A stretch of 64,000 nt of DNA from the NCBI GenBank assembly GCA_963777505.1, contig CAVZQN010000007.1, positions 128,001 to 192,000 on the forward strand, given 5' to 3'. Under the pieces are notes generated by a model, which was not told the DNA's origin, ran no database searches, and saw only the letters and a list, made by a program, of their open reading frames with translations. This document shows, in pieces, positions 1 through 11,124 of this stretch. A program made the position numbers and the translations under genes. Position 1 is the stretch's first letter. The number at the start of each line of letters is the position of its first letter. Source of the stretch: an uncultured bacterium. Lineage in GTDB: Bacteria; Acidobacteriota; HRBIN11; JAKEFK01.

Positions 1-1
1 T

Positions 2-385
2 CAAAATGGATGGTATGCGCGGGGTGCATCTACAGTTTCCGGTTGGGACCAATTCACTGCAGATTTACCAAATATCGATCTGGTTACCAACCGTCAACGA
101 AGCATTCAAAACTTCAACCGCGCCCGCGGAATTACAGCCCATATTGCCGGATTCGGGAATTTAAGCCAGAACGAACAGGATCGAATTACTGGACAACTCG
201 CGCGGCTGAACAATTATTCGCCAGCCCAATTGAACCGCGACTTTGGGAAACCGAGTGAGGACTATTCGGGACCAACAACTCTGGCGGGATATGATGAATG
301 GCTCAGGGGATTGGACGCAAATAATCGAATAGCAGTTAATACCTGGACTCGAATTTACGAAAGACAATCTGGCAATCAACAATAA
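2..385 (+). CDS. 3' end of a hypothetical protein running in from the window edge
   Basis: Frame +2 is open from base 2 (QNGWYARGAS...YERQSGNQQ) to TAA at 383-385, converging on the next gene; not in the ORF track because it has no start in the window. Confidence 0.65.
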   Translation, partial: QNGWYARGASTVSGWDQFTADLPNIDLVTNRQRSIQNFNRARGITAHIAGFGNLSQNEQDRITGQLARLNNYSPAQLNRDFGKPSEDYSGPTTLAGYDEWLRGLDANNRIAVNTWTRIYERQSGNQQ

Positions 386-395
386 TCCGATTGCG

Positions 396-1928
396 TTAAA
401 AGATTCCATATTTCGCGAGCTTTACATAAAAAGTGCTGCGGGGAATTCCAAGCATTTCAGCGGCTTTTCTTTTATTGCCATTGGAAAATTCCAATGCTCG
501 CAAGATCGCCTTCTTTTCTGAGACATCGAGACTCAAGTCATCCTGAGGTGATGCCTGCTGTGGTGCTGCTTTGTATTCTTCTTCCAAAATAAAAGCGCGG
601 CGAAGCTCGTTTTCCAACTCTCGAACATTACCAGGCCAATCATGTTCAAGAAAACCTTGCATGATGGTTTTTGGTATTTCTACAACGGAGCGGTTGAGTT
701 CATTAGAAATCTTGTGAGTGAAAAAATCTACAAGAAGCGGGATATCTTCACGCCTTTCTCTTAACGGAGGAAGATGAATCGTAATGACATTTAATCTGTA
801 ATAAAGATCCTGCCTGAATTTTCCTTGTTTCATATCTTCGCCAAGGTTTGAATTTGTTGCAGCGATGATCCGCACATCTACTTGCACTTCTTCTTTACCA
901 CCAACAGGACGGATCTTTTTATCCTCCAAAACTCGCAGAAATTTCCTCTGCATATCCTGACTCATTTCGCCAACTTCATCCAGAAAAAGCGTACCTTGAT
1001 GCGCAAGCTCAAAAAGCCCAATCTTATTTTCCACTGCACCGGTAAATGCGCCCTTCTTATAACCAAATAATTCACTTTCTAGAAGAGTGTCGTTGAACGC
1101 CGAACAGTTGATTGAAACCATCGGCTGTTCAGTACGACGGCCATTATAATGAATGTACCGTGCTACCAGCTCTTTACCTGTTCCGCTTTCTCCCAAAATC
1201 AAAACGGTTGCATCCGTTTTTACTACCTTTTCCAACAAGCTATATACCTGAAGCATCGATTTTGATTTTCCAATGATGTTACCAAGGCCATATACCTTAC
1301 CCAGCTCACGTTGTGTTTCGGCAAGAAGATCTTTCATGCCTATTAAATTTCGCTCCTGAGTTTCCACCTTCTTTTCCAGTTTGGCATTCAAATGTTCAAT
1401 CTCTTTCCTCTGCCTGTTAATTTCTTCAAACAACTGTGCATTCTCAATGGATATTGAAATGTGCGAGACCAATGCTTCCATGAGCTGCAAATGTTCTTCG
1501 CGAAGTCCCGACGAAACTGAAGAAGAATCCAAGTAAAGAACGCCAATGATTCGTGTTTTCGATTCATTCATTGGGCGGCAATTCCAGATTGGCATGCATA
1601 GTGCAGCTTTTAATCCGTATGTGCGAACGCTTTCCGCTGCAAGGAAAGCTGGTTCTTTGCTCAGATCCGAAATAAGGAGAGGGGTCCTTCCATCAATGAC
1701 ATTTTGGATAATCGATCGTGATCCTTGGAATTCGGCCACTTCTAAATTGTTGTTTCGATTATCTCTTGCACACTGTATAGTGAGTTTTCCATTCTGGTCG
1801 GCAATCAGTAAATAAGCGCGTTCTGCTCCCGTTAGTGAAAGGCTAGCGTCCAAAACTTGAGGGAGCAATGCATGTATCTCCAACTGCGAGTTCAGAACAG
1901 CCAGCACGTGCGCGAAATCCGGAATCAT
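396..1928 (-). CDS. GAF-domain sigma54-dependent Fis-family activator (bacterial enhancer-binding protein)
   Basis: N-terminal GAF; Walker A GESGTGKELVAR; GAFTGA loop; Walker B FLDEVG; WPGNVRELEN; C-terminal Fis HTH (KAAEMLGIPRSTFY). Confidence 0.95.
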   Translation of the reverse strand: MIPDFAHVLAVLNSQLEIHALLPQVLDASLSLTGAERAYLLIADQNGKLTIQCARDNRNNNLEVAEFQGSRSIIQNVIDGRTPLLISDLSKEPAFLAAESVRTYGLKAALCMPIWNCRPMNESKTRIIGVLYLDSSSVSSGLREEHLQLMEALVSHISISIENAQLFEEINRQRKEIEHLNAKLEKKVETQERNLIGMKDLLAETQRELGKVYGLGNIIGKSKSMLQVYSLLEKVVKTDATVLILGESGTGKELVARYIHYNGRRTEQPMVSINCSAFNDTLLESELFGYKKGAFTGAVENKIGLFELAHQGTLFLDEVGEMSQDMQRKFLRVLEDKKIRPVGGKEEVQVDVRIIAATNSNLGEDMKQGKFRQDLYYRLNVITIHLPPLRERREDIPLLVDFFTHKISNELNRSVVEIPKTIMQGFLEHDWPGNVRELENELRRAFILEEEYKAAPQQASPQDDLSLDVSEKKAILRALEFSNGNKRKAAEMLGIPRSTFYVKLAKYGIF

Positions 1929-1983
1929 ATTCCTATTCTACCCTGTAAAGTTTTATCAGATGAGCTCAGTGCGGCATGAAGTT

Positions 1984-2149
1984 CAAGATTTCCATCTTTA
2001 TTCCAATCGCCAGTAATAATGATATTGGTGTACTACAGGTTAGGAAGATTTGGGAAGCTTGAAAGTCGATTTCGCAATCGCTGGCTTGAGAGAAGGATGG
2101 GAGAGATAACGAAAAATGTAAAAGCTAGAAGGAATACGCCTGCCCGCAT
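1984..2149 (-). pseudogene. Degenerate 5' fragment of an FG-GAP repeat gene (paralogue of 33432..36086)
   Basis: Nucleotide similarity to 35921..~36130, including start codon and upstream region; encodes IITGDWNKDGNLE; broken frame. Confidence 0.75.
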
Positions 2150-2281
2150 GAATCCCGAACCCATTGTACATCAGATAGAAACAGTTGGAAGATTTTAGCT
2201 ATAAAGCCGCACGGAGGACCGCCGGTTCAAATGCTCGCCAGTAATAGGATCAGAGTAAAGTTTGATCCTTTTGGGGTGGAC

Positions 2282-2350
2282 GACAATAGCTGGATTTATC
2301 TAGCCCAACAAGCCGATGAAGGTGACATCTGGCTTGCCACATTGAAATGA
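2282..2350 (+). pseudogene. Possible relic C-terminus of a TolB-like beta-propeller protein
   Basis: DNSWIYLAQQADEGDIWLATLK-stop resembles the 'GDIW' terminal blade of TolB-like propellers; no start. Confidence 0.3.
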
Positions 2351-2499
2351 TCATTGTACCGATTGCCCGTGAGAACTCCTGTACAATTTGAATTAGAAAC
2401 CCTCACCTTCTTCCTAGATAAATAAGTTCATACCTGAAACAAATTCCCGAGACCGCAATCACATTCTTCACCATTTGTTGATATTATGAACGCAAGAAG

Positions 2500-2749
2500 A
2501 TGCAGCCTGCCTTAGAAAAGGAACGATATCAGATTCTGGATGTGACGAGAGGGTTCGCTTTACTTGGAATCGTTGTCGCAAACATGGTACTGCACTCGCT
2601 TTACTTATAAAAAAAATCGCACAATTCTTATTTATTGCGTCCAGATTCCACTAAGCCGAATATGGCTGAAATATTTTGAATTCGGACCACTGGAATGGGT
2701 CTGGCGAAGCCTTAGCTATGGAAAATGGTTTAGGTTGAGGACTAACTAG
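2500..2749 (+). pseudogene. Internally deleted DUF418 (YeiB-like) membrane protein
   Basis: N-terminal ERYQILDVTRGFALLGIVVANM joined almost directly to the C-terminal WLKYFEFGPLEWVWRSLSYG signature. Confidence 0.75.
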
Positions 2750-2874
2750 AGCGGTTCACAATTTGTAACGCAGGAATCTTGCCGGCAAAGCTTTCTTCGT
2801 GAACTTCAAGTTTGAGTTCTGGAACAATGTCTGATGTAAATTCGTATGGAATGAAACAAGCAGGAGGACTGCCC

Positions 2875-3753
2875 ATGAGCCTCGAATTGACAATCGAGAA
2901 TCTCTCGAAAACCTACCCAAACGGTGTTCAAGCATTAAAAGACGTCACGTTGAAGATTCCAACTGGAATGTTCGGATTGCTCGGCCCAAATGGAGCCGGA
3001 AAGTCGACTTTGATGCGCACAATTTCTACGCTGCAAGAGCCGGATCAAGGCTCGATCCGATTCAACGGCATCGATGTACTCAAAGATAAGGATGCCGTCC
3101 GCAGAGTACTTGGATACTTGCCGCAGGAATTTGGAGTCTATCCGAAAGTTTCTCCTGAAGTCATGTTGAATCATTTTGCTGTTCTTAAAGGTATTACCGA
3201 TTCCAAACAACGAAAAGCGGTTGTAGACGCTTTGCTTCATCAGACAAATTTATGGGATGTACGAAAAGAAAAACTCGGTAACTTTTCCGGCGGGATGAAA
3301 CAGCGGTTCGGAATTGCGCAAGCTCTGCTTGGAAATCCGAAATTGATAATTGTTGATGAACCAACTGCAGGACTCGATCCTGCAGAACGGATACGCTTTC
3401 ACAATTTACTTAGCGAAATTGGCGAAAACATTGTTGTTATCTTATCCACTCACATTGTGGAAGACGTCAGCGATCTTTGTAGTCATATGGCTGTAATCTC
3501 CGGCGGCAAAGTGCTTCTCTACGGAGAACCGGAAAAAACAATTAACAGCTTGCGCGGCAAGGTGTGGAAAAAAATCATTCCCCGCACAGACCTGACGAAT
3601 TATGAATCTCAACTTCATGTTATCTCTACTCATCTTGTTGCAGGAAAGACCGTGATTCATGTTGTCAGCGAAACTCAACCTGATGCATCGTTCATAGAAG
3701 TATCACCGGATCTTGAAGACGTTTATTTTTCAACATTGAAGAAAATCGCATGA
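2875..3753 (+). CDS. ABC transporter ATP-binding protein
   Basis: GPNGAGKST, FSGGMKQR, IIVDEPT, STH; RBS GGAGG upstream of ATG 2875. Confidence 0.95.
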   Translation: MSLELTIENLSKTYPNGVQALKDVTLKIPTGMFGLLGPNGAGKSTLMRTISTLQEPDQGSIRFNGIDVLKDKDAVRRVLGYLPQEFGVYPKVSPEVMLNHFAVLKGITDSKQRKAVVDALLHQTNLWDVRKEKLGNFSGGMKQRFGIAQALLGNPKLIIVDEPTAGLDPAERIRFHNLLSEIGENIVVILSTHIVEDVSDLCSHMAVISGGKVLLYGEPEKTINSLRGKVWKKIIPRTDLTNYESQLHVISTHLVAGKTVIHVVSETQPDASFIEVSPDLEDVYFSTLKKIA

Positions 3754-3781
3754 TTGCGCTTTGCGCCTTTGCGGTGAAATC

Positions 3782-6700
3782 ATGACAATGTTTTGGGAAA
3801 TCCTATTTTTTGAAATCCGTTATCAGCTGAAGCAGCCCATTTTCTATATCGGATGTGCCCTGTTTTTTCTAATGACTTTCGGCGCTGTTACAACCGATAC
3901 AATTTCCATTGGCGGAGGGATTGGAAGTCTAAATCGGAACGCGCCTTACGTCATCATGCAAATCCTGGCAGTGATGAGTGTTTTGGGAGTCTTTACAGCA
4001 ACGGCCATTGTTGCGAATTCCACATACAAAGATATTGAACACAATATGCAATCGGTATTTTTCTCAATGCCGATCACGAAAGGCAGCTATTTATTTGGAC
4101 GCTTCTGGGGGGCAAGTATTGCTTCTATTTTGATTTTTGCTGGAGTGGTCCTCGGCTTCATTCTTGGAAGCTGGATGCCATGGCTGGAACCGGATCGCAT
4201 CGGGCCATTTACAGCTGCACCGTATTTGTATTCCATGCTGATGCTGGTGATTCCAAATCTTCTCATCGCTGGCGTCCTATTCTTCTCTCTTGCAGCGTTG
4301 ACTCGCAGCATGCTTTACACATACGCCGGACTAGTCGGCTTCTTCGTTGCGTATGCTGTCTCCACGATTCTTACGCAGGATATCCAGAATGAAACGTTAG
4401 CCTCATTGCTCGATCCATTTGGGCTTGCGGCATTTTCGATTGCAACCCGTTACTGGACTGTATTCGAAAAGAATTCAATGATTGGCCCGACTGATGGACT
4501 ACTTCTTTATAACCGGCTGCTCTGGCTCGGCATTGCTGCAATCGTACTGTTACTTGCCTACAAAAGATTCCGGTTTACTTCAGCGTCAGGGAAAGTCAAA
4601 AAGAAAAAGTTGGACGTTGAGCTTCCTGAAGTGATTCAACCTGCAATTCGCACTATCGAAACGGCACAAGATTTTTCACTCGCTGCCTCCATCCGTCAAT
4701 ACTTTCAGCAAACAAAATTGGAATTCACAAGCATTCTGAAAAGCATTCCGTTTCTTGTCATTCTTGCACTCGGTGTATTCAATTCGATTGGCGGTACATC
4801 CATGGAAGATCTTTTTGGAACACCGGTGTACCCTGTCACCCATTTATTGCTAAATGTAATTGCTGGCAACTTTTTACTTTTTGCATTTCTGATCCTCACT
4901 CTGTATAGCGGCGAACTCACGTGGAAGGAACGGTCTTTGAATCTCGCAGGAGTGATAGATGCATTACCCGTACGTGATTGGGTCCCATGGGCCTCAAAAC
5001 TTTCAGCACTTGTCCTGGTGCTGATCACGTTGCTCTTTGCTGCAATGCTAACAATGATCGGAGCTCAAATCTATGTAGGATATTTCAATTTCGAAATTGG
5101 CCTCTACTTAAAAGGACTTCTTCTAGTTATTGGAATTCCGTTTATCTTGATTGGTGTTCTGGCTTATTTTTTCCAGACATTTGTGAACCACAAATTTATC
5201 GGTTTCTTGTTGATGATGCTTTTTTTCATCAGCAGTTTTGCATTTCGCGGTTTGCATTTGGAGCACAATCTCTATCAGTACGCAAACACACCCGATGCGC
5301 CTTATTCCGACATGAATGGGTATGGCCATTTTGTGAAACCGCTATTCTGGTTCACTTTATACTGGACTTTTGCAGCTCTCATTTTGACTGCATTGATTCA
5401 TCTGTTTCGCGTAAGAGGCTCTGAAACTTCGTTCCGGCTCAGGATGCGTATCGCCGCGCAGCGATTGAAATTCGGGACAAAACTTGCACTGACTATCGGC
5501 ATTGCAGGAATGCTGCTAACCGGAGCTTACATCTTCTACAACACCAATGTTCTGAACCAATACATTACAGAAGATAGGATTGAAGATCGCCAGGCAGAAT
5601 ATGAAAAGAAATTTAAGAAATACGAAAGCATTCCGCTGCCACGAATCACGAGTGTTCAAGCAAATGTGGATATTTATCCTGAAAAACGCGCCGCAAAAAT
5701 CCGCGGATCGTATCAGCTGGAGAATAAGCGTCAAGAAAACATAGATCGGATCCATGTCAGCATCAACAGAGACGTGAAGATTGAAAAAATTGAATTGCCA
5801 GGAGCGAAGCTGGAATCAGCAGACCGCTAAACACGGCTACTATATTTATCATCTTGCATCACCCATGAAGCCAGGCGACACATTGCCGCTTAATTATGAT
5901 CTCTCTGTTGAAAATCATGGATTTCCAAACAACCGGTCCAATACAAAATTTGTTTACAATGGAACATTTTTTAACAGTAATGAGTACTTCCCGCATCTAG
6001 GTTATTACCGGGAATTTCAGTTGGCGGATCCAAGCAAAAGGAGGAAGTACGGATTGCCTCCGGTAGAACGGCTGCCAAAAATCGATGATGAAAGTGCACG
6101 GCGTGATAATGCACTTTCCCGGGAATCGGACTGGCTTCAATTTGAAACAGTGGTCAGTACGAGTCCGGATCAAATCGCGATCGCTCCCGGGTATTTGCAG
6201 AAAGAATGGAATCAAAATGGACGAAGATATTTTCACTATAAGATGGATTCACCGATTCTCGCATTCTGGTCTTACTTATCGGGACGATATGCAGTAAAGC
6301 GCGATCGTTGGAATGATGTGGCCATCGAAATTTACTACGATCCTGCGCATCCTTACAATGTGGACCGGATGATCGCTGCATCGAAAAAATCGCTCGATTA
6401 TTTCACTCAAAATTTCGGACCCTATCAGCACAAACAGGTACGCATTATTGAATTTCCACGGTACGAACGCTTTGCGCAATCTTTCCCAAATACAATCCCT
6501 TTTTCGGAGAGTATCGGATTCATCGCTCGAATCAGTAAACCCGAAGACATCGATTATGTTTCGTATGTGACGGCGCACGAAATCGCGCATCAATGGTGGG
6601 CCCATCAGGTGATCGGAGCCAATCAGCAAGGCTCAACGATGCTGGTGGAATCAATGTCGCAATATTCAGCACTGATGGTGATGGAAAAAGAGTTTGGAGC

Positions 6701-7352
6701 AGACCAGATGAAAAAGTTCCTCAAGTACGAACTCGATCGCTACTTATCCGGACGCGGCGCCGAACTTGTCGAAGAACAGCCATTAATGCTTGTGGAGGAT
6801 CAGTCTTACATCCATTACAGTAAAGGAAGCCTTACTTTCTATGCCTTACGTGATTGGATTGGAGAAAAAAAGCTGAATGAAGCTCTCGCACTATATATAA
6901 AGGATAAGAAATTTCAGCAGCCGCCTTACACCAACAGCCGTGAGCTGCTTTCCTACATTGCCAAGGTGGTTCCGCAGGATAAGCAGGCAATCCTCACTGA
7001 TCTGTTTGAAACAATCACGATTTACGATCTGAAGACTACGAATGTTGAATCCAAACGTCGCACCGATGGGAAGTATGATGTGACGTTCGACGTAGAGGCC
7101 AAGAAGTTTCGTGCGGATGGTAAAGGTAAAGAGACGGAAACAACACTCAGTGATTGGATCGATGTCGGGGTGCTTGGCAAGAAAGAAAAAAATGGCGCAG
7201 ATCGAATCCTGGCTTTGGAAAAGAAACAAATTCGATCCGGCAAAATGAAGTTTGAATTTGTTGTGGATGAGCAACCTGAAAAAGCCGGCATCGACCCGCT
7301 CAACAAAATGATCGACCGCAACCCGGATGACAACACGAAATCCGCTTCATAA
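3782..7352 (+). CDS. ABC-2-type permease fused to M1-family aminopeptidase (frameshift near 5820)
   Basis: Two multi-TM ABC-2 halves in 3761..5830; overlapping ORF 5781..7352 has AQSFP and HEIAHQWW...E zinc motif. Confidence 0.88.
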
Positions 7353-7389
7353 GCGAAACGGAACCTCCGCGGCTCTGCGGTTCCTAGAT

Positions 7390-8964
7390 TTAGCCTTCGG
7401 TTATATGACCGACTGCCGGCGGCAAAGTTGCAGGTTTAGCATTCTGTTTTGCTTGGCGGAATGCAGTAATACCTTCGCGTAAGATTTTTAGAATGCTACC
7501 TCGGTATGAAAACACGAGCTTAATCCATTGACTCCGTGTCATTTGAGGGAAATAGATTCCTCTAAAAATTAATCGCGTAAATAGAAGAGCCGCCCTTTCT
7601 GAGAACGGTCGATTACCGATTTTTTCCAGTGCGCCTGCTACAGCTTCAGGATCATACGAACGGCTCCATGCTTCGTGAACTTCCTTTTCGGCTTGTTCAA
7701 TCGTGATCGATTTCGGAGTGTATGCCATTCGGAAGGGTCGAAAATCCAGCCAATGCTTAGGCCGCGTCAGACGTCCTTCTTCAAGCAAACGATCATAAAG
7801 CGGAGTCGCGGGATATGGAGTCAGCAAGCCATAAACAGGAAGCCCCGGCGGCCATGTATTGATGACATCAGTTGTTCGTTTCGCAACACCGGGCTCATCT
7901 CGATCCATGCCGAAAATAAATGAAGTGATCGCATAAATACCGCGATCTGCGAGGCGTTGCAGAATCGCAGCATATTCTGTGGGTTTATTGAAACCCTTGT
8001 GCACTTCTTTAAGGTTTTCTGCATCGATCGATTCGAGTCCAATAAAGATCCAGCGGCCGCCGCTTTCCTGAATCAAATTAAGCAGCTCTTCATCGCGCAA
8101 CAAGTTGATACTGATTTGAGCTACCCAGGGCACAACGGCTTGGCGACGGATAATTTCCCGCAGCAGCGATTTTGTTCGTTTTACGTTGATCGCGAAATTA
8201 TCATCAATGAAAAAAATCGCAATTTTGCCGTTCTCACGCTCCGCACGCTCTTTGATAAGAAGTACTTCATCAACGACGCTTTCATTTGTTCTAAACCGAA
8301 TGGAGTCACCAAAAAAACCTGTAACCGTGCAGAAGTCACATCCATATGGACATCCTCTGCCTGACTCCATCGGAACCACACACAATCGTTCCCACTTCAT
8401 TCCGATCCGATTCAGAACATAACGTGCCCACGGAGGTAATTTTGCAATCAAGTCAAATTGGGTTAGATCGATCTTATCCCAGCCAATCAGTGGATAATCT
8501 TGGAGTGTAGGTTTGATTTCTTTGCCGGAAGAATCGACAGGGGTATAGACTTCGCGCAACTCCCCTTTTGCTGCATCTTCAACGATGAGCGGCCATGTCG
8601 CATCCGCTTCACCAAGAGCGACTGCATCGACATGACGCGGACTCCCATCACGACCCAATGGTTCATCTGGGACCTCGGTAACATGAGGTCCGCCCATGAC
8701 TACCAATGCACCAGCCGAACGCGCGGCGTCAGCCATCTTGTAGGCACGTGCAGCCATTCGAGTCATAGCACCGATGCCAACTAATTGAATTTCATGATTG
8801 CGGATATATTCCTGAAGTTGGACTTCAGTTAATGGCTGTGCATTCCCGTCGATTAGATAAACTTTGTGCCCTGCCGGTGTCAGTGATTGAAGTACAAACA
8901 TCCATAGATGCGGCATGAAGTTCCGGGTCACACCGTTGTCTGGGCAGTATAAAAGAATATTCAT
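7390..8964 (-). CDS. B12-binding radical SAM protein
   Basis: N-terminal B12-binding-like (VMGGPH...GEA), CPYGCDFC, FIDDNF, FIGLES. Confidence 0.9.
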   Translation of the reverse strand: MNILLYCPDNGVTRNFMPHLWMFVLQSLTPAGHKVYLIDGNAQPLTEVQLQEYIRNHEIQLVGIGAMTRMAARAYKMADAARSAGALVVMGGPHVTEVPDEPLGRDGSPRHVDAVALGEADATWPLIVEDAAKGELREVYTPVDSSGKEIKPTLQDYPLIGWDKIDLTQFDLIAKLPPWARYVLNRIGMKWERLCVVPMESGRGCPYGCDFCTVTGFFGDSIRFRTNESVVDEVLLIKERAERENGKIAIFFIDDNFAINVKRTKSLLREIIRRQAVVPWVAQISINLLRDEELLNLIQESGGRWIFIGLESIDAENLKEVHKGFNKPTEYAAILQRLADRGIYAITSFIFGMDRDEPGVAKRTTDVINTWPPGLPVYGLLTPYPATPLYDRLLEEGRLTRPKHWLDFRPFRMAYTPKSITIEQAEKEVHEAWSRSYDPEAVAGALEKIGNRPFSERAALLFTRLIFRGIYFPQMTRSQWIKLVFSYRGSILKILREGITAFRQAKQNAKPATLPPAVGHITEG

Positions 8965-8995
8965 CGCCGATGATTGTACTGCGGTTAGCCTTGGA

Positions 8996-10202
8996 CTACA
9001 AGCCTGTTTGCCCGGACAATCCATTCAACTGCGCCAATTTTTCATCATCAGGCGCTTGTATGAAAGCAGAATCTTGAAGTAAAGACATTAGCGCAGAAAA
9101 GTTATGATCGTTCTCTTTCCAGTTACCTTTCATACTTGCGTTCATAGCACTTTCATGCGCTATACTAATCGCTCGTGCTCTTACCTCTGGGCTCATGTCT
9201 TTCGTGTCATCCATCAGAGTCTTCCATCATTAGAGGTGTGTCTGTACCAGGGTTTGCTCTGACAATCTCCAAAAATTGATCTTGTTGTTTCGGTGTTAGT
9301 TTCCCAAAATTGGGATCAGTTACCAGCTCCGTAACGGCGTTAGTGCCATTTCCAGCGTCCAATCCACCGTTTGCGGGTTTGTAGAACATCGTGTTCAGAG
9401 CCGCTCGTTTCGTCTCTTCAGGTAACTTTTTGAAATTCTCATTCTTCTCAAGGATTGCAGCATGAAGGACGAGATCTTTCGTAAGATTGAGGAACTGTGT
9501 GCTTGACGCTCCCTGCATGAGCCCAGCGATGGCAGAAGATTGCGCGTCGGGCGACAGGAGATATGCAAATTTTGCGTCCCTTACCAGTTCGACCAAATTC
9601 TTCTGTCCGGCAGAATCCTTTTCAAGAGCAGCAAAGGCGGAAGTGACTTCCCTCTTTATTTGAGGATCCAACGCCTGATATTCTCTGCTGCGTTCCAGCT
9701 CCATACGCTGCATCGTAGTCCCATCCCAAATTCCGCTCTCTGTTAGAGATGTTGCCTTTTGGAAATCCTTAACTGCCTGCTCTGTTTCCGTGCTGAAAAC
9801 GCCTGTGGTTTGAATTTCAGCCATATTGTTATCACGCCGCCATGCGTTGAGCTCTTTCTGCAGCTGCTCTACCTGGGGACCTTTCGAGTTGAGCTTCAAT
9901 GCGTTTGCTTCGGCAACATCTGGAGGTGCGGCGGCTACAGGCGGCGGTGTTTGCTGAATGGGTGCCGGTTGATTCGTCTGTATCACTGGCGCATCTAATT
10001 TATTGCGAAGCGAAAACTCAATGGCAATGTTCGACAGTCTCCTCTCACCCATTAATGACGACGCATATTCAGTAGAATGTGCCTGTACAAGCGGCTCTAA
10101 TACGGGAGTTTGTTTTACTTTCGCTTCCTCTGGTTGTTGCGGCGTGACTGCCGATGTTACTCCTTGGATTGATCCATTAACATTTTGTCCTATTTTGAAC
10201 AT
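8996..10202 (-). CDS. Peptidoglycan-binding-domain protein with helical repeats, putative secreted substrate (frameshift near 9210)
   Basis: RBS GGAGG; LKLNSKGPQVEQLQKEL...GVFSTETEQAVKDFQ PG_binding_1 pattern; L..DP.F.KL repeats shared with 15153..17072; no signal peptide. Confidence 0.75.
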
Positions 10203-10220
10203 TGTTATCCTCCATATTCA

Positions 10221-10251
10221 GTAACGCACCGAGTTTGGATGAAATCCGACA
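10221..10251 (-). promoter_or_regulatory. ECF-type promoter motif TGTCGG-N16-GTGCGTTAC
   Basis: Same motif and spacing at 11009..11039 and 28575..28605, each followed by ATATGGAG. Confidence 0.65.
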
Positions 10252-10375
10252 CTCTATTTTTTTCGAAGGAATAAATTGAGGAAGAATCGCGCCGCCGAGG
10301 AAGCGAGTTCTATGCTAAAATTCGCTTCAATACTTAAGATCGACGTTCAAATATCCACGTTTTGAAGTTTGCGAA

Positions 10376-10963
10376 ATGAATGAAACCGCAGATTCCAATT
10401 CTCAAGCAGCCCACATTACAAAACTTTTAATTGGATATGGAAAAGGTGACCATTCTGCGCTTGATGAAATGTTGCCTCTTGTCTACGAAGAGCTGAAGCG
10501 ATTGGCTGGCCATTATTTAAGGAAGGAGCGTCCTGATCATACTTTACAAACAACAGCGCTTGTTCATGAAGCTTATATGCGGCTTGTGAAACAAGAAAAT
10601 GTTGATTGGAAGAATCGTGCGCAATTTCTTGGCATTGCTGCAGAAATGATGCGGCGAATTCTTGTAAATCATGCCAGGGATCGAGCTGTCGCCAAGCGTG
10701 GAGGCGGCGCCAAACGTGTTTCATTGAGCCTGGTTGTCGATGCAGGAAAACAAGTAGACATTGATCTGGTCGTTCTTGACGATGCACTCAAGAAACTTGC
10801 CGAACTGGATCCACGAAAAAGTCGCGTTGTAGAGATGAAATTTTTCGGAGGCATGACAACTGAAGAAACTGCGGAAATATTGCAGGTGTCAGTTAAGACA
10901 ATTGAACGCGACTGGACAGCCGCACGAGCCTGGCTCTATCGCGCTGTCGTTGGTGAGCATTAA
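10376..10963 (+). CDS. ECF sigma factor, TIGR02999-type (kinase-associated)
   Basis: LVYEELKRLA, HTLQTTALVHEAYMRL, MRRILVNHAR, TIERDWTAARAWL; upstream of a Ser/Thr kinase. Confidence 0.93.
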   Translation: MNETADSNSQAAHITKLLIGYGKGDHSALDEMLPLVYEELKRLAGHYLRKERPDHTLQTTALVHEAYMRLVKQENVDWKNRAQFLGIAAEMMRRILVNHARDRAVAKRGGGAKRVSLSLVVDAGKQVDIDLVVLDDALKKLAELDPRKSRVVEMKFFGGMTTEETAEILQVSVKTIERDWTAARAWLYRAVVGEH

Positions 10964-11008
10964 CACGAAGATACCCTTAGCCTAATATTCCATAAATCCT
11001 TCACCGAA

Positions 11009-11039
11009 TGTCGGGATTCAACCCAAATCCGTGCGCTCT
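11009..11039 (+). promoter_or_regulatory. ECF-type promoter motif upstream of the kinase
   Basis: TGTCGG-GATTCAACCCAAATCC-GTGCGCTCT (16-nt spacer). Confidence 0.65.
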
Positions 11040-11124
11040 ATATATGGAGAATCAACCAAAAGTCTTTCGGAGATATAATCCTGGAGACAAGAAAGAAACC
11101 CATTAGTGGAATTGAACATTCCTC

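Noticed and set aside
10-409. ORF-track calls 10..258 (+) and 161..409 (-)
   Set aside because: Shadow ORFs; frame +2 (2..385) is fully open and more protein-like
5781-5830. Programmed ribosomal frameshift in the ABC-M1 fusion or other split genes
   Set aside because: No slippery heptamer or stimulatory structure evident, and indels are window-wide
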